Sequence record: DRR378314_1653
DNA length: 64,000 bases
Reading direction: 5' to 3' (one strand)
A program made the translations under genes and the position numbers. Positions 29,638-41,683 of this stretch are shown one piece after another (the stretch's first letter is position 1; each line of letters begins with the position of its first letter). The notes beneath the pieces are model-generated. The model made no database searches and was not told where the DNA came from. It saw only the letters and a list, made by a program, of their open reading frames with translations.

Positions 29638-31626
29638 ATGAAAGTCATAAACCTTCGACGTAATGCCTTTGCCATTGCCATGGGGGCCGTGCTGGCGTCA
29701 AGCAGCGCTGTCCAGGCGGCGAGCAATCCTGCCACTGAAACCACCACCCGGGCCAACCAGGCCGTACTTGATCAACTGCCCTTTGATGACAAAACCGACT
29801 TTGAGAATACCGCCAAGGGCTTTATCGCCCCTTTGCCGGACAACGGCAAGATCAAGAACGACAACGGCGACGTGATCTGGGATGCGGGTCAGTTCGGTTT
29901 CGCCACCGACAAGGAGGCGCCGGATACTGTTAACCCGAGCCTCTGGCGCCAGCTCCAGTTGCTGAGCACACCAGGCCTTTATGAGGTAACGCCGAAGATC
30001 CACCAGGTGCGTGGGTCTGACCTGTCGGTGATCACCTTCGTGGAGGGTGAATCCGGCGTGATTGTCATCGACCCCTGCATCTCGGCGGAAACCGCCAGGG
30101 CAGCCTATGAGCTGTATCAGGAGCATCAGGGAGAGAAGCCAGTGACGGCGGTGATCTATACCCACAGCCATGTGGATCACTTCGGCGGGGTGCGCGGCGT
30201 GGTGGATGAGGCGGATGTGAAAGCCGGCAAGGTGAAGATTGTGGCACCGGAAGGCTTCGTGGGAGAAGCCGTCAGCGAAAACGTCTACGCCGGCAATCAT
30301 ATGAGCCGCCGGGCCGGCTACATGTACGGCAACCTGCTTGAGAAAGGGCCCCAGGGCAGTCTGGGCACCGGGCTTGGCCTGTCCACCTCAACCGGCACGG
30401 TCACCCTGATTGAACCCACGGACGACATTACCGAGTCCGGCCAGACGCTGACCATCGATGGTCTCGAGTTTGAGTTCCTGATGGCCCCGGGCAGCGAGGC
30501 GCCCGCGGAGATGCATTTCTACATCTCCGAGCTAAAGGCGCTGACCGCCGCCGAGAACGCCACCCACACCATGCACAACCTCTATACCCTGCGGGGTGCC
30601 AAGGTGCGTAATGCCAGGGCCTGGTCCAGCTACCTGCACCAGACCATCCAGCAATGGGGCGACGACGTAGAAGTGCTCTACGCACCCCACCACTGGCCGA
30701 CCTGGGGTAACGAGGCCGTGGTTGATCACCTCAAGAAACAACGGGATCTGTACAAGTACATCAATGATCAGACCCTCAGGCTGCTCAACCAGGGGTACAA
30801 CATGGTGGAAGCGGCCGAAATGCTGGAACTACCGGATGAGCTCGCCAAATACTGGCCCAACCGGGGCTACTACGGCAGCCTGAACCACAACGTCAAGGCT
30901 ACCTGGAACTTTTACGTAGGCTGGTTTGATGGCAACCCGGCCCGCTTGCACCCGTTGCCGCCAGTCGAGGCCGGTGACAAGTTCGTGGAGTACATGGGCG
31001 GCGCTGAAGCCGTCATCGAGAAGGCGATGGCCGACTACGATGAAGGTAACTACCGCTGGGTGGCCCAAGTTCTGGACAAAGTCGTGATGGCGGAGCCGGA
31101 CAACCAGCGTGCCAAGGACCTGCTGGCGGATGCCCTGGAGCAGATGGGTTACCAGGCCGAAAACGGTCCCTGGCGTAACTTCTATCTGTCTGGCGCCAAG
31201 GAGCTCCGCAATGGCATAGAAGTACTGCCAATGCCCAATACCGCGTCGCCGGACATGGTGGCTTCCATGCCCCTGGAAATGTTCTTCGACTATCTGGCCA
31301 TCCAGGTGGACGGCAACAAGGCCGCAGGCAAGCGGATGATGATCAACTTTGCCCTGACTGACACCGACGAGGATTATGGCGTCGCCCTGGAGAACGGAGT
31401 GCTCAATTATTACAACGAGCCCTTTGATGAGGCCGATGTGTCGCTCGCTATGGCTCGTGCTGATCTGAACGACGTTCTGGCTGGTCAGGCTTCAATGAAG
31501 GATAAGGTCGATTCCGGCGATGCCACCCTGGACGGCGACGCCGCAACCTTCGACGAGTTCCGCTCGCTACTGGTCAAGTTCGACCCCTGGTGGCCCATCG
31601 TGACGCCGAAGAAAGCCGCTATGTAA
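29638..31626 (+). CDS. Alkyl/aryl sulfatase (SdsA1/YjcS type, MBL fold plus SCP2-like domain)
   Basis: Signal peptide; TVNPSLWRQ, HSHVDH, HNLYTLRGAKVR and RGYYGS motifs. Confidence 0.92.
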   Translation: MKVINLRRNAFAIAMGAVLASSSAVQAASNPATETTTRANQAVLDQLPFDDKTDFENTAKGFIAPLPDNGKIKNDNGDVIWDAGQFGFATDKEAPDTVNPSLWRQLQLLSTPGLYEVTPKIHQVRGSDLSVITFVEGESGVIVIDPCISAETARAAYELYQEHQGEKPVTAVIYTHSHVDHFGGVRGVVDEADVKAGKVKIVAPEGFVGEAVSENVYAGNHMSRRAGYMYGNLLEKGPQGSLGTGLGLSTSTGTVTLIEPTDDITESGQTLTIDGLEFEFLMAPGSEAPAEMHFYISELKALTAAENATHTMHNLYTLRGAKVRNARAWSSYLHQTIQQWGDDVEVLYAPHHWPTWGNEAVVDHLKKQRDLYKYINDQTLRLLNQGYNMVEAAEMLELPDELAKYWPNRGYYGSLNHNVKATWNFYVGWFDGNPARLHPLPPVEAGDKFVEYMGGAEAVIEKAMADYDEGNYRWVAQVLDKVVMAEPDNQRAKDLLADALEQMGYQAENGPWRNFYLSGAKELRNGIEVLPMPNTASPDMVASMPLEMFFDYLAIQVDGNKAAGKRMMINFALTDTDEDYGVALENGVLNYYNEPFDEADVSLAMARADLNDVLAGQASMKDKVDSGDATLDGDAATFDEFRSLLVKFDPWWPIVTPKKAAM

Positions 31627-31641
31627 TACGGAGGCACCCAA

Positions 31642-32457
31642 ATGCCACATACTTATTTTTTCCGCCGAGTTGCAGCCGGCGCATCTCTGGCCGGCTTTGT
31701 TTTTGTAGCACCGCCCCTGTTAGCGGATTCGAGCGAGCTTGCCAAGCAGTTGGCCAACCCGATTGCCAGTCTTGTCTCCGTGCCGTTCCAGGCCAACTTC
31801 GATAGCAACATCGGTCCCGACGATGACGGGGATCGTCTTACCGTCAACGTTCAGCCGGTCATTCCGATTTCCCTGAATGAGGACTGGAACCTGATCAGTC
31901 GTACCATCCTGCCTATTGTCGACCAGAGCGACATTTTCCCCGGCGCGGGCAGCCAGAGTGGACTGGGCGATACGGTGCAGAGTTTCTTCTTTTCACCAAA
32001 GCAGCCGACGGACGGCGGCTGGATCGTTGGTGGCGGACCGGTACTGCTATTGCCAACAGGCACCGATGACCTGCTGACCGCTGACAAGTGGGGTGCGGGG
32101 CCCACAGGTGTGGCACTGAAACAGGCCGGCCCCTGGACTATCGGTGGCCTGTTTAACCATATCTGGTCATTCGCTGGTGACGACGACCGGGAAGATGTAA
32201 ACCAGTCTTTCGTGCAGCCGTTCTTCACCTACACCACGCCTCAAGCCGCCAGTTTTACCCTGACCGCAGATTCGACCTACAACTGGAAGAGTAATGACTG
32301 GACCATCCCAATCGGGGTGTTTGCGGCGAAAGTGTTTTCTGTTGGCAGTCAGACCATGCAGGTCCAGGCAGGCCCTCGTTATTACGCAGCCAGCCCGGAC
32401 AGCGGGCCGGAAGGCTGGGGCGCGCGGTTCAATTTTGTGCTGCTGTTTCCGAAATAG
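31642..32457 (+). CDS. Putative outer-membrane beta-barrel/transporter (sulfatase-associated)
   Basis: LAKQLANPIASL, QPVIP and GLGD motifs; C-terminal alternating pattern FVLLFPK. Confidence 0.7.
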   Translation: MPHTYFFRRVAAGASLAGFVFVAPPLLADSSELAKQLANPIASLVSVPFQANFDSNIGPDDDGDRLTVNVQPVIPISLNEDWNLISRTILPIVDQSDIFPGAGSQSGLGDTVQSFFFSPKQPTDGGWIVGGGPVLLLPTGTDDLLTADKWGAGPTGVALKQAGPWTIGGLFNHIWSFAGDDDREDVNQSFVQPFFTYTTPQAASFTLTADSTYNWKSNDWTIPIGVFAAKVFSVGSQTMQVQAGPRYYAASPDSGPEGWGARFNFVLLFPK

Positions 32458-32615
32458 CGTAACGGGAGTAGTCGAAAGTGCTTGGCAATAAACCCGGATT
32501 CTGACATAGGTGCGCGGAGAACAGACAGGATGTCATCGATCCTCGTGCGCTGGTCTGAACGTATTTCCGCCGGGCCTGAGGCTGAATGGTATTTCCGCCC
32601 CCGGTGGTGATGCGG

Positions 32616-33161
32616 TCAGTTCGCTCGCCCAGGTTCCTGGGATTCAGCGCCCAGATAGAAGTAGTTGGTTTCGCTCTGTTGAGGGCCACGCTTGCCGCTG
32701 ATCAGTTGCGCCGATATCGCCAGGCCGGGATGTTGGCCTGAGGTAAAACGGGTGAGCTGGCCGTCGGGCTCGCCGTCTCTATTCCGCGCCATTTCCGCTC
32801 TGGACCAGTCCGGTCCCAGGCATTGTTGGAGGAAGTTGGTGGTGTTGTTGTAGCGCTCAGTGGCGATCTCGTGTGATGGCGCTTCTGCTGTGCAGGTATA
32901 GGCGGTATCGCCCGCCCCCCACTGCCAGATCTCACAATGGCCTTCGATCAGCTGTTCGGTGGCGCGGAAGGTGGTTACCATCCGGCTGTTGTTGGCTTTG
33001 CCCCGGTAGGAGGGGAAGCCTTCCGGGTACTCTGCAATCAGACCCTTGACCGTGTCGCATGGGTTTTCAACACCTGTGGAGAGCTCTACGTCCGGGCTGG
33101 CGCAGCCGGCCAGAAGGACCAGGGAAACGGTAAAGGTGTTCGTGGCGATTTTTCTGATCAT
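32616..33161 (-). CDS. Hypothetical lipoprotein
   Basis: Lipobox LAGC; four further Cys; overlaps the upstream gene's stop codon. Confidence 0.7.
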   Translation of the reverse strand: MIRKIATNTFTVSLVLLAGCASPDVELSTGVENPCDTVKGLIAEYPEGFPSYRGKANNSRMVTTFRATEQLIEGHCEIWQWGAGDTAYTCTAEAPSHEIATERYNNTTNFLQQCLGPDWSRAEMARNRDGEPDGQLTRFTSGQHPGLAISAQLISGKRGPQQSETNYFYLGAESQEPGRAN

Positions 33162-33802
33162 TGGTTTTTCCACTCACTTTCCGGCGTATTCAGCGCATCA
33201 ACAATGACCACGGCGAACTCTTTTGCCGCTTTATCGAGGGATTCCGGGTCGACCGTGTGGGACACGGCCTGCCAAACGGCTGACCCTGTGGCGCTCTCAT
33301 ACAGGGTCGACTGGATGACGTATTCGACAGAAACTTCAATGCTGGCAGGCTGTACTGACTGCTCCATGTAGGTGATGGAAGCGCCAGCGCCGATTTGTCG
33401 GGTGTAGGGGATGTAGGTGACCGATTCCGGTTTATAGTCCGTGTGGTGCTTGCGATCGACCAGTGATATCACCAGAACGCTGTCGTGCTGGCCTTTCTCG
33501 GCAATGTCGAGCAACTGGCCACGAAGTTCCGCCGGTGTGTCCCATGAGAGCGAATGGTTTTCGGCCGCCAGGAACGTGGCCGTGTTGCCCTGTTTGTTCA
33601 GCCTGTCAGCCAGGGCCTGACCGACTGCTGTCCGCACCCGAGCGCTTGGGTTGGCCGCAACGACGAGTGTGCTCGAAAACGCGCGGGCTGAATCGCCTGC
33701 AGACCGGACGTTGGTGACGGACGTGCTGCTGCTTGAGCAGGCGCCAAGGAGCAGTGACAGTGCAGCGATAGCCACCAAGTGAAGGGTCCATCCAGTTCTC
33801 AT
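33158..33802 (-). CDS. Hypothetical lipoprotein
   Basis: Lipobox LGAC; 214-aa ORF co-oriented with the next lipoprotein gene. Confidence 0.72.
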   Translation of the reverse strand: MRTGWTLHLVAIAALSLLLGACSSSSTSVTNVRSAGDSARAFSSTLVVAANPSARVRTAVGQALADRLNKQGNTATFLAAENHSLSWDTPAELRGQLLDIAEKGQHDSVLVISLVDRKHHTDYKPESVTYIPYTRQIGAGASITYMEQSVQPASIEVSVEYVIQSTLYESATGSAVWQAVSHTVDPESLDKAAKEFAVVIVDALNTPESEWKNQ

Positions 33803-34145
33803 GTGAGTTCCCGAGTGAGATTGCTAATGGGGTTAGCAGGTCTCCTAAGCAAAGCACAAGTGTTTGGTAAACGCCAGATTGGGAGCCTGAATCCGTGTTG
33901 GGGCTCGATGTAAGCTCAATGTTAGAAAGTTTCGTAAATTCCTGCCTTTTCATCACCCTGTAACGGCTTTTAGCGAACTTTTAGTCGGTTCTTATACTAA
34001 GATCGTAACCAGAATTGGCAAAAAAATGCTATCTTAGTAGGTCTATCAAAAGTTCCCGAATCAGTCATCGCTCAAGCCAGGCGTTCACAAGACGGCTGAC
34101 CCTGCGGTGACCGTCCTGAACTCACCCATCAGCCTGAGGACGAAA

Positions 34146-36389
<2,244 letters not shown>

Positions 36390-36405
36390 ACCCGATACCT
36401 GCTGC

Positions 36406-36442
36406 AAAACCCGGACGGTGGCGACACCTTCCGGGTTTTTTT
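36406..36442 (+). terminator. Intrinsic terminator of icd
   Basis: AAAACCCGGA...TCCGGGTTTTTT. Confidence 0.75.
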
Positions 36443-36539
36443 GTGCCCCTCCGGGTGTGGGGCCGTTTCAATCGTCATCAATTGTAATATTCTCTCGACG
36501 ACAGGGGCGTCTGTGACTATTTTCAGGGTGTAATGCCTT

Positions 36540-38177
36540 TTGTTTAGGCCCGAGGTGTTCGCACCGACAGGGATGCAGCCGGAACCCGGGGAAATGACGG
36601 AAATGGAGAGAATTCAAGGACGGCATACGCCGCTGCGGCGGACATTATGGATTGTCGGAATCTATCTGCTGGTTGGGTGGCTGTGGATTACGTTCTCAGA
36701 TTACCTGGTACAGCAGTGGTTCCCCGACCCGGAGACATTGAGCCGGGTGCAGACCTATAAAGGAGCGTTCTTCGTCCTGGTGACGGCGCTTGTCCTTTCC
36801 CTGTCGTTGTTTCGTCAATTTGTCAGTGACCGGACGTTACTGTCTCTGAATGTCCATCAGCAGGAAGAGATCCGCGAACTGAACCAGTTCCGCGAAAGCG
36901 TGATTGAGCGCGCCAATGTCTGGATCAATGTGCTGGATCCGGAGGGTCGGGTCGTGCTCTGGAACAAGGCTGCGGAAGACATCAGTGGCTACCCCAGGGA
37001 AGTGGTCATGGGTTCGGATGAAATATGGCAACTGTTGTACCCGGATGAGGAAGACCGGGTACGAATCCGCGAAAGGGCCAACGAAATCCTCCGTGACGAA
37101 GGCGAAGTGGTGGGATACGAAACCTGGATTACCACTCGCGATGGCCGCGAGCGACAGCTGTCGTGGAACTCACGCAGCCTTCGGAACGACGCCGGCGAGA
37201 TCACCGGCTCCATCGCGATTGGGCAGGACATCACCGATATCCGCAAGGCGGAGAATACCCTTCGGCGGCGCGAACGCCAGTTGTCCACGATCATGGACAA
37301 CCTGCCCGGCATGGCCTACCGCTGCCGGTACGACGAGTTCTGGACCATGCTGTCCGTATCGAACGGTTGCCGTGAACTGACGGGTTTTGAGCCAGACGAG
37401 CTCGTGAACAACAATCTGGTCAGCTTTGGGGAGCTCATCGAAGAGGCCAGCAACGAAACCATCGTGCGAACGGTGGAGACCGCCATCGGCAACGCCGAAC
37501 CGTTTTCCATTGAGTATCCGATCATCCGTAAGGATGGCCGTAAAATATGGGTCTGGGAACGTGGACGTGGGGTCGAGGGCGAGGGTGAACTGGTGCTTGA
37601 GGGGATCATCCTCGATATTTCGGATCGCAAGGCACTGGAGGAGGAGTTGTCTGAGCTGGCAACCCGCGATTCGCTGACCGGTTTGCTGAACCGCCGGGAG
37701 ATGACCCGCATCCTGGAAGAGGAAATCGCCCGGGCCAAACGTTACGACCGCGAACTGGCCCTGTTGTGGATCGATGTTGACCACTTCAAAACCATTAATG
37801 ATGATCATGGACACGCGGCCGGTGATTCCGTGCTGAGGGCGGCCAGCGCACTGCTGGCCGGGAGCATCCGGAGTGTGGATACTGTCGGTCGGTTTGGCGG
37901 CGAAGAGTTTGCCATCCTGTTGCCGGAAATGGACCGCCGCGAGGCGCTGGAAACGGCCGAGAGACTGCGCCGGCTGGTGAGTGATACCCCGCAGCCTCTG
38001 GGGAATGGCAACACAGTCGCAATGACCATCAGCGTCGGCGTTTCTGTCTTCCCCGACCATGGCGCGGGCGCTGATGCCCTGTGCGCGGCCGCCGACCGGG
38101 CCATGTATCAGGCCAAGGCCGATGGGCGCAATCGGGTGGTGCTGGCACCGTTGACCGAGGAAGCCCATAATCCATGA
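36540..38177 (+). CDS. Membrane-bound PAS-PAS-GGDEF diguanylate cyclase (start uncertain, may be 36603)
   Basis: 2 TM helices, two PAS/PAC domains, DSLTGLLNRR, RSVD I-site and GGEEF. Confidence 0.92.
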   Translation: MFRPEVFAPTGMQPEPGEMTEMERIQGRHTPLRRTLWIVGIYLLVGWLWITFSDYLVQQWFPDPETLSRVQTYKGAFFVLVTALVLSLSLFRQFVSDRTLLSLNVHQQEEIRELNQFRESVIERANVWINVLDPEGRVVLWNKAAEDISGYPREVVMGSDEIWQLLYPDEEDRVRIRERANEILRDEGEVVGYETWITTRDGRERQLSWNSRSLRNDAGEITGSIAIGQDITDIRKAENTLRRRERQLSTIMDNLPGMAYRCRYDEFWTMLSVSNGCRELTGFEPDELVNNNLVSFGELIEEASNETIVRTVETAIGNAEPFSIEYPIIRKDGRKIWVWERGRGVEGEGELVLEGIILDISDRKALEEELSELATRDSLTGLLNRREMTRILEEEIARAKRYDRELALLWIDVDHFKTINDDHGHAAGDSVLRAASALLAGSIRSVDTVGRFGGEEFAILLPEMDRREALETAERLRRLVSDTPQPLGNGNTVAMTISVGVSVFPDHGAGADALCAAADRAMYQAKADGRNRVVLAPLTEEAHNP

Positions 38178-38292
38178 AGGCGATGATGGTGTATAAGCTG
38201 ACGCTTTCTGGTCTGCTATCCGGCCAATGTGCAGGGCGCTATCCAACGTCAGGATGAGCGGAAAGACAGTCTCTGGAATCAAAGGTCAAGCG

Positions 38293-39579
38293 ATGAATCG
38301 AATTGCCCGCCGTGCGCTCCACACCTCTGCTATCCCTGGTGATCTGGCATCTGTAACCTACCGCGACGAGGCCGGCGAGAACCCGGAGCTGGCCGGGGTT
38401 GGGCCGGACGTTGTAGATGCGATCTGGCACAGTGTCGAGCGGTTGTACCGAACCGGCGTGCATCCGGGCATCCAGCTATCGGTCCGGCACCGTGGTGAAC
38501 AGATCCTCCATCGTGCCATCGGCCATGCCAGCGGCAACGGCCCCCATGACCCGAAGGATGCGGTGAAGGTGCCGATGACCACGGAGACACCCATTTGCTA
38601 CTTCTCCGCCTCCAAGGCCGTCACCGCTCTGCTGATTCATATGTTAGCTGAACAGGGGCTGGTCAACCTGATGGACCCGGTGTCGTACTACTGTCCGGAA
38701 TTCGCCGCAGGCGGCAAGCGCACCATTACGGTCCACCAGGTGCTGTCTCATCGTGGTGGTATCCCGGCTATTCCCCGGGAAACCCCCATTGATGTGCTCT
38801 GGGACCGGGACGAAATCTGGCGTTTGCTGTGCGAGGCGAAACCGGTGGAGGTGGATGGCGCCAAAGTGGCCTATCACGCCATCACGGGTGGTTTCGTACT
38901 GCAGCGGGTACTGGAGAAGGTCACCGGAGACACCATCGAGGCGTACATTGACCGATACCTCCGTAAACCCATGGGCATGCGGTGGTTCACCTATGGGATT
39001 GCACCGGAGAACGTGGATGAGCTGGCCGACAACTATGCCACCGGTCCGACGCCGCGCTTCCCCGTGTCGTGGGTCGTCAACCGTGCCCTGGGAGGGGACA
39101 TTCGCACGGTGGAGCGGGTCTCCAATGATCCCCGTTTCCAGGAGGCGGTGATTCCGGCAGGCAATCTGTGCGGTACCGCTGAGGAGATGGGGCGCTTTTT
39201 CCAGATGATGCTCAATGGCGGGGTCTGGAACGGCAAGCGCATCTGCAGCGAGATGACGGTCAGGCGATCCATTCAGCAGTTTGGTTCGCTGCAGATCGAC
39301 CGCACGATGATGATCCCCATGCGCTTCAGTGCCGGCATGATGCTTGGTGGCAACCCGGTGGGATTGTGGGGCCAGCAAAGTCGGCACGCTTTCGGTCATG
39401 TCGGTCTGATCAACAAACTGTGCTGGGCGGATGCCGCCAGGGATATATCCGTCAGCCTGCTCAACACCGGTATCCCCATTGTTGGCCACCATCTGCCGGC
39501 GCTGGCACGGTTTGTCTACACCGTGTGTGACCGTTTCCCGTTGATACCGGAGAATCGCAGGCCATTGGTTGCGGCCTGA
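38293..39579 (+). CDS. Serine hydrolase (beta-lactamase-like esterase)
   Basis: FSASK (SxxK), LSHRGG, YHA and FGHVG motifs. Confidence 0.88.
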   Translation: MNRIARRALHTSAIPGDLASVTYRDEAGENPELAGVGPDVVDAIWHSVERLYRTGVHPGIQLSVRHRGEQILHRAIGHASGNGPHDPKDAVKVPMTTETPICYFSASKAVTALLIHMLAEQGLVNLMDPVSYYCPEFAAGGKRTITVHQVLSHRGGIPAIPRETPIDVLWDRDEIWRLLCEAKPVEVDGAKVAYHAITGGFVLQRVLEKVTGDTIEAYIDRYLRKPMGMRWFTYGIAPENVDELADNYATGPTPRFPVSWVVNRALGGDIRTVERVSNDPRFQEAVIPAGNLCGTAEEMGRFFQMMLNGGVWNGKRICSEMTVRRSIQQFGSLQIDRTMMIPMRFSAGMMLGGNPVGLWGQQSRHAFGHVGLINKLCWADAARDISVSLLNTGIPIVGHHLPALARFVYTVCDRFPLIPENRRPLVAA

Positions 39580-39583
39580 CCGG

Positions 39584-39928
39584 TTACAGGGTCGCCAGTT
39601 GTTCTTCCAGTATGCCCAGCACTGACGACAGGATGTCCCGGAAGTCCGTCAGCGTCTGGGTTCTCTGGATCACGTCCTCCCGGTTTTCATCCAGCCGTTC
39701 CAGCTTGGGAACCACCCGCCGGATGCCTTCGGTAATCACCTCGTAAGGGTAATGATGATCCATGACGCTGAGCTTGTTGATCTCCGCCACTTCCTGGCTG
39801 AAGATGCTGATAATGTCGTAGAGCATGTCTTTGTGGTGAATGGAGCTGGCCTCCCAGTAAGCGTCGTCCAACAGCTCCAGTAGGGACAGATACTCCCGCA
39901 GTGTATCGGCAACGGATGTCTGGTTCAT
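39584..39928 (-). CDS. Conserved hypothetical protein
   Basis: Acidic helical ORF (LDDAYWEAS...YPYEVIT); AGGA upstream of ATG 39928. Confidence 0.7.
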   Translation of the reverse strand: MNQTSVADTLREYLSLLELLDDAYWEASSIHHKDMLYDIISIFSQEVAEINKLSVMDHHYPYEVITEGIRRVVPKLERLDENREDVIQRTQTLTDFRDILSSVLGILEEQLATL

Positions 39929-40292
39929 AAGCGGTCTTCCTGGCCGGGGTGCTAGGGTGTCTGAGCAGCAAAAACGTCGCGCTGTCATGCAACTGAAGGG
40001 AACTATAGCAGGGGATTGTTCGTCTGGTTTGTTAGGCAGGCCGGACTTTGCCGGAAAATATATGAAACTCTATTCATTTTTATTGAGTTCTGTCTGACAG
40101 TTGTGCAAAATTACAACGAATCATACAAAGCGGGAAAAGCCTGCTACAGTATGCATCAGGGCTTTGAAAAAGCCCCGCGAAACAAAAGGATAAAAGGATC
40201 TTCCGACCCGGCCAGAAAGAGCCATCGAAACATGGGCGGAATCAACGGTTTCGGCGTATTGATCATTGGATACTCAGTGGAAGAGGACGATC

Positions 40293-40547
40293 ATGGATAA
40301 ACACACGCAGCCACAGCCGGGGCCGGAGCAGCCTCGCCCCGTCAAACTGGACCATCACGACAGTGTCCGGTCTCACGTCTGTCAGCAAGTCAGTACTGAA
40401 GTGGAGCGCCTTGAGCGCCGCATTGAAACCCTTCGACTGACCAAAGCCCCCCATGCCGCCATCATGATCTCGACCTACGAGCGCATGATTGACCGCAAAA
40501 AGGGCTTCCTCAAGAATTGGGGAATGCAGGACCGCGCCGTTTACTAA
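40293..40547 (+). CDS. Small hypothetical coiled-coil protein
   Basis: GAGGA RBS; 84 aa; convergent overlap with the lipoprotein stop. Confidence 0.65.
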   Translation: MDKHTQPQPGPEQPRPVKLDHHDSVRSHVCQQVSTEVERLERRIETLRLTKAPHAAIMISTYERMIDRKKGFLKNWGMQDRAVY

Positions 40548-41545
40548 CGCTCGCTGATGGCCACGGATTCGTAGAGAATCGCCTCTTCGCCCGTCTGCTG
40601 GTTACCGCAATGATCGGGATTGGCGGTTGTTCCCTCGGTCGTGGTGGTGCTCGGCGGCTCATCAGAGGATGTGAACACACGCACTCTTGCATCCTCATAG
40701 TTCACATCTACTCGAATACAATCGGGCTCTTCGCCATCAATCGTAATGCCCGACGTTTGTGTCAGTGACAGCGTGTCTCGCTTGTTGCCGATAAACTCCT
40801 GACGCATCTCTGCGTTGCCGAATTCCCGCCCTGTCAGGCTGGTGGCTGCATATTCTGGCTGGTTGTATCCGCTGACCGAAAAATCCGGGCCGTGAAAACG
40901 TCCGCTCCAGACGGCACTGCGCAGCTCCGGCGGAGAGGCGTCGTCATCGTCGGGCTGCCTGGCGACAAACTGGGCCGCCCGGAAAACTTTGTTGAGCTGT
41001 GGATTGCTTGTCCAATCAAGCAGGACGTATACCCAGATTTGGTCAGGCTCCAGCGGTTCACCGTTATTGCCGCCGGTCTCGGTAAAGCGGATCAGTGCAT
41101 CGTTCCCCGGCGTGTTATAACGGGAAGCCTCGCCTTTAGTCATGCTGTCACGCATCAGGCGTCGGCCGTCGTTGAAGGTGTTGACCTGGTTCGTGTTGAT
41201 AACGTAATGCAGGAAGTCCAGCGGGTTTCGTGCGCTGGTATAGGTGGTACCGTCATCGCTTGGCGCCAACCCCATCAGCAGATCGAGACGCTCGCGGAGC
41301 TGGGTGACCACGCCCTCGTCGTCTTCGCCGTCCGCAGGTTCAAGGCCCCGGTAGATGTCGTAGAAAATGGTGTTGGGCAGTACCGGTGGCAAACCGTCCT
41401 CATTACTGACCGAAAAGCTCTCGAAGGACAACGACACACTGGTTGCCGGGTTGAGGTAGTTGCTGCCGGAGGAATCGTCCGGCCCACAGCCAGCCAGTGT
41501 CAGGGCAAGCAAGGGAACGGCGGCGAAAATGCACGAATGTCTCAT
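40544..41545 (-). CDS. Hypothetical acidic lipoprotein
   Basis: MRHSCIFAAVPLLALTLAGC lipobox; true start lies inside the longer 40544..42481 ORF. Confidence 0.75.
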   Translation of the reverse strand: MRHSCIFAAVPLLALTLAGCGPDDSSGSNYLNPATSVSLSFESFSVSNEDGLPPVLPNTIFYDIYRGLEPADGEDDEGVVTQLRERLDLLMGLAPSDDGTTYTSARNPLDFLHYVINTNQVNTFNDGRRLMRDSMTKGEASRYNTPGNDALIRFTETGGNNGEPLEPDQIWVYVLLDWTSNPQLNKVFRAAQFVARQPDDDDASPPELRSAVWSGRFHGPDFSVSGYNQPEYAATSLTGREFGNAEMRQEFIGNKRDTLSLTQTSGITIDGEEPDCIRVDVNYEDARVRVFTSSDEPPSTTTTEGTTANPDHCGNQQTGEEAILYESVAISER

Positions 41546-41683
41546 TTCATAGGACCCTGAGATGCGTAATCGAACGTAAAACGCTAAAGTGTTTAGCCGT
41601 GGTGCCACTGAAAAGCTCTGGCACCAGCCTGACTGCTGACAATAAACCATAAAAAAGGCATCTGCCCTCGCGGAGATCACATT

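Noticed and set aside
38293-39579. Beta-lactam resistance gene
   Set aside because: SxxK serine hydrolase without a signal peptide, more like family VIII esterases
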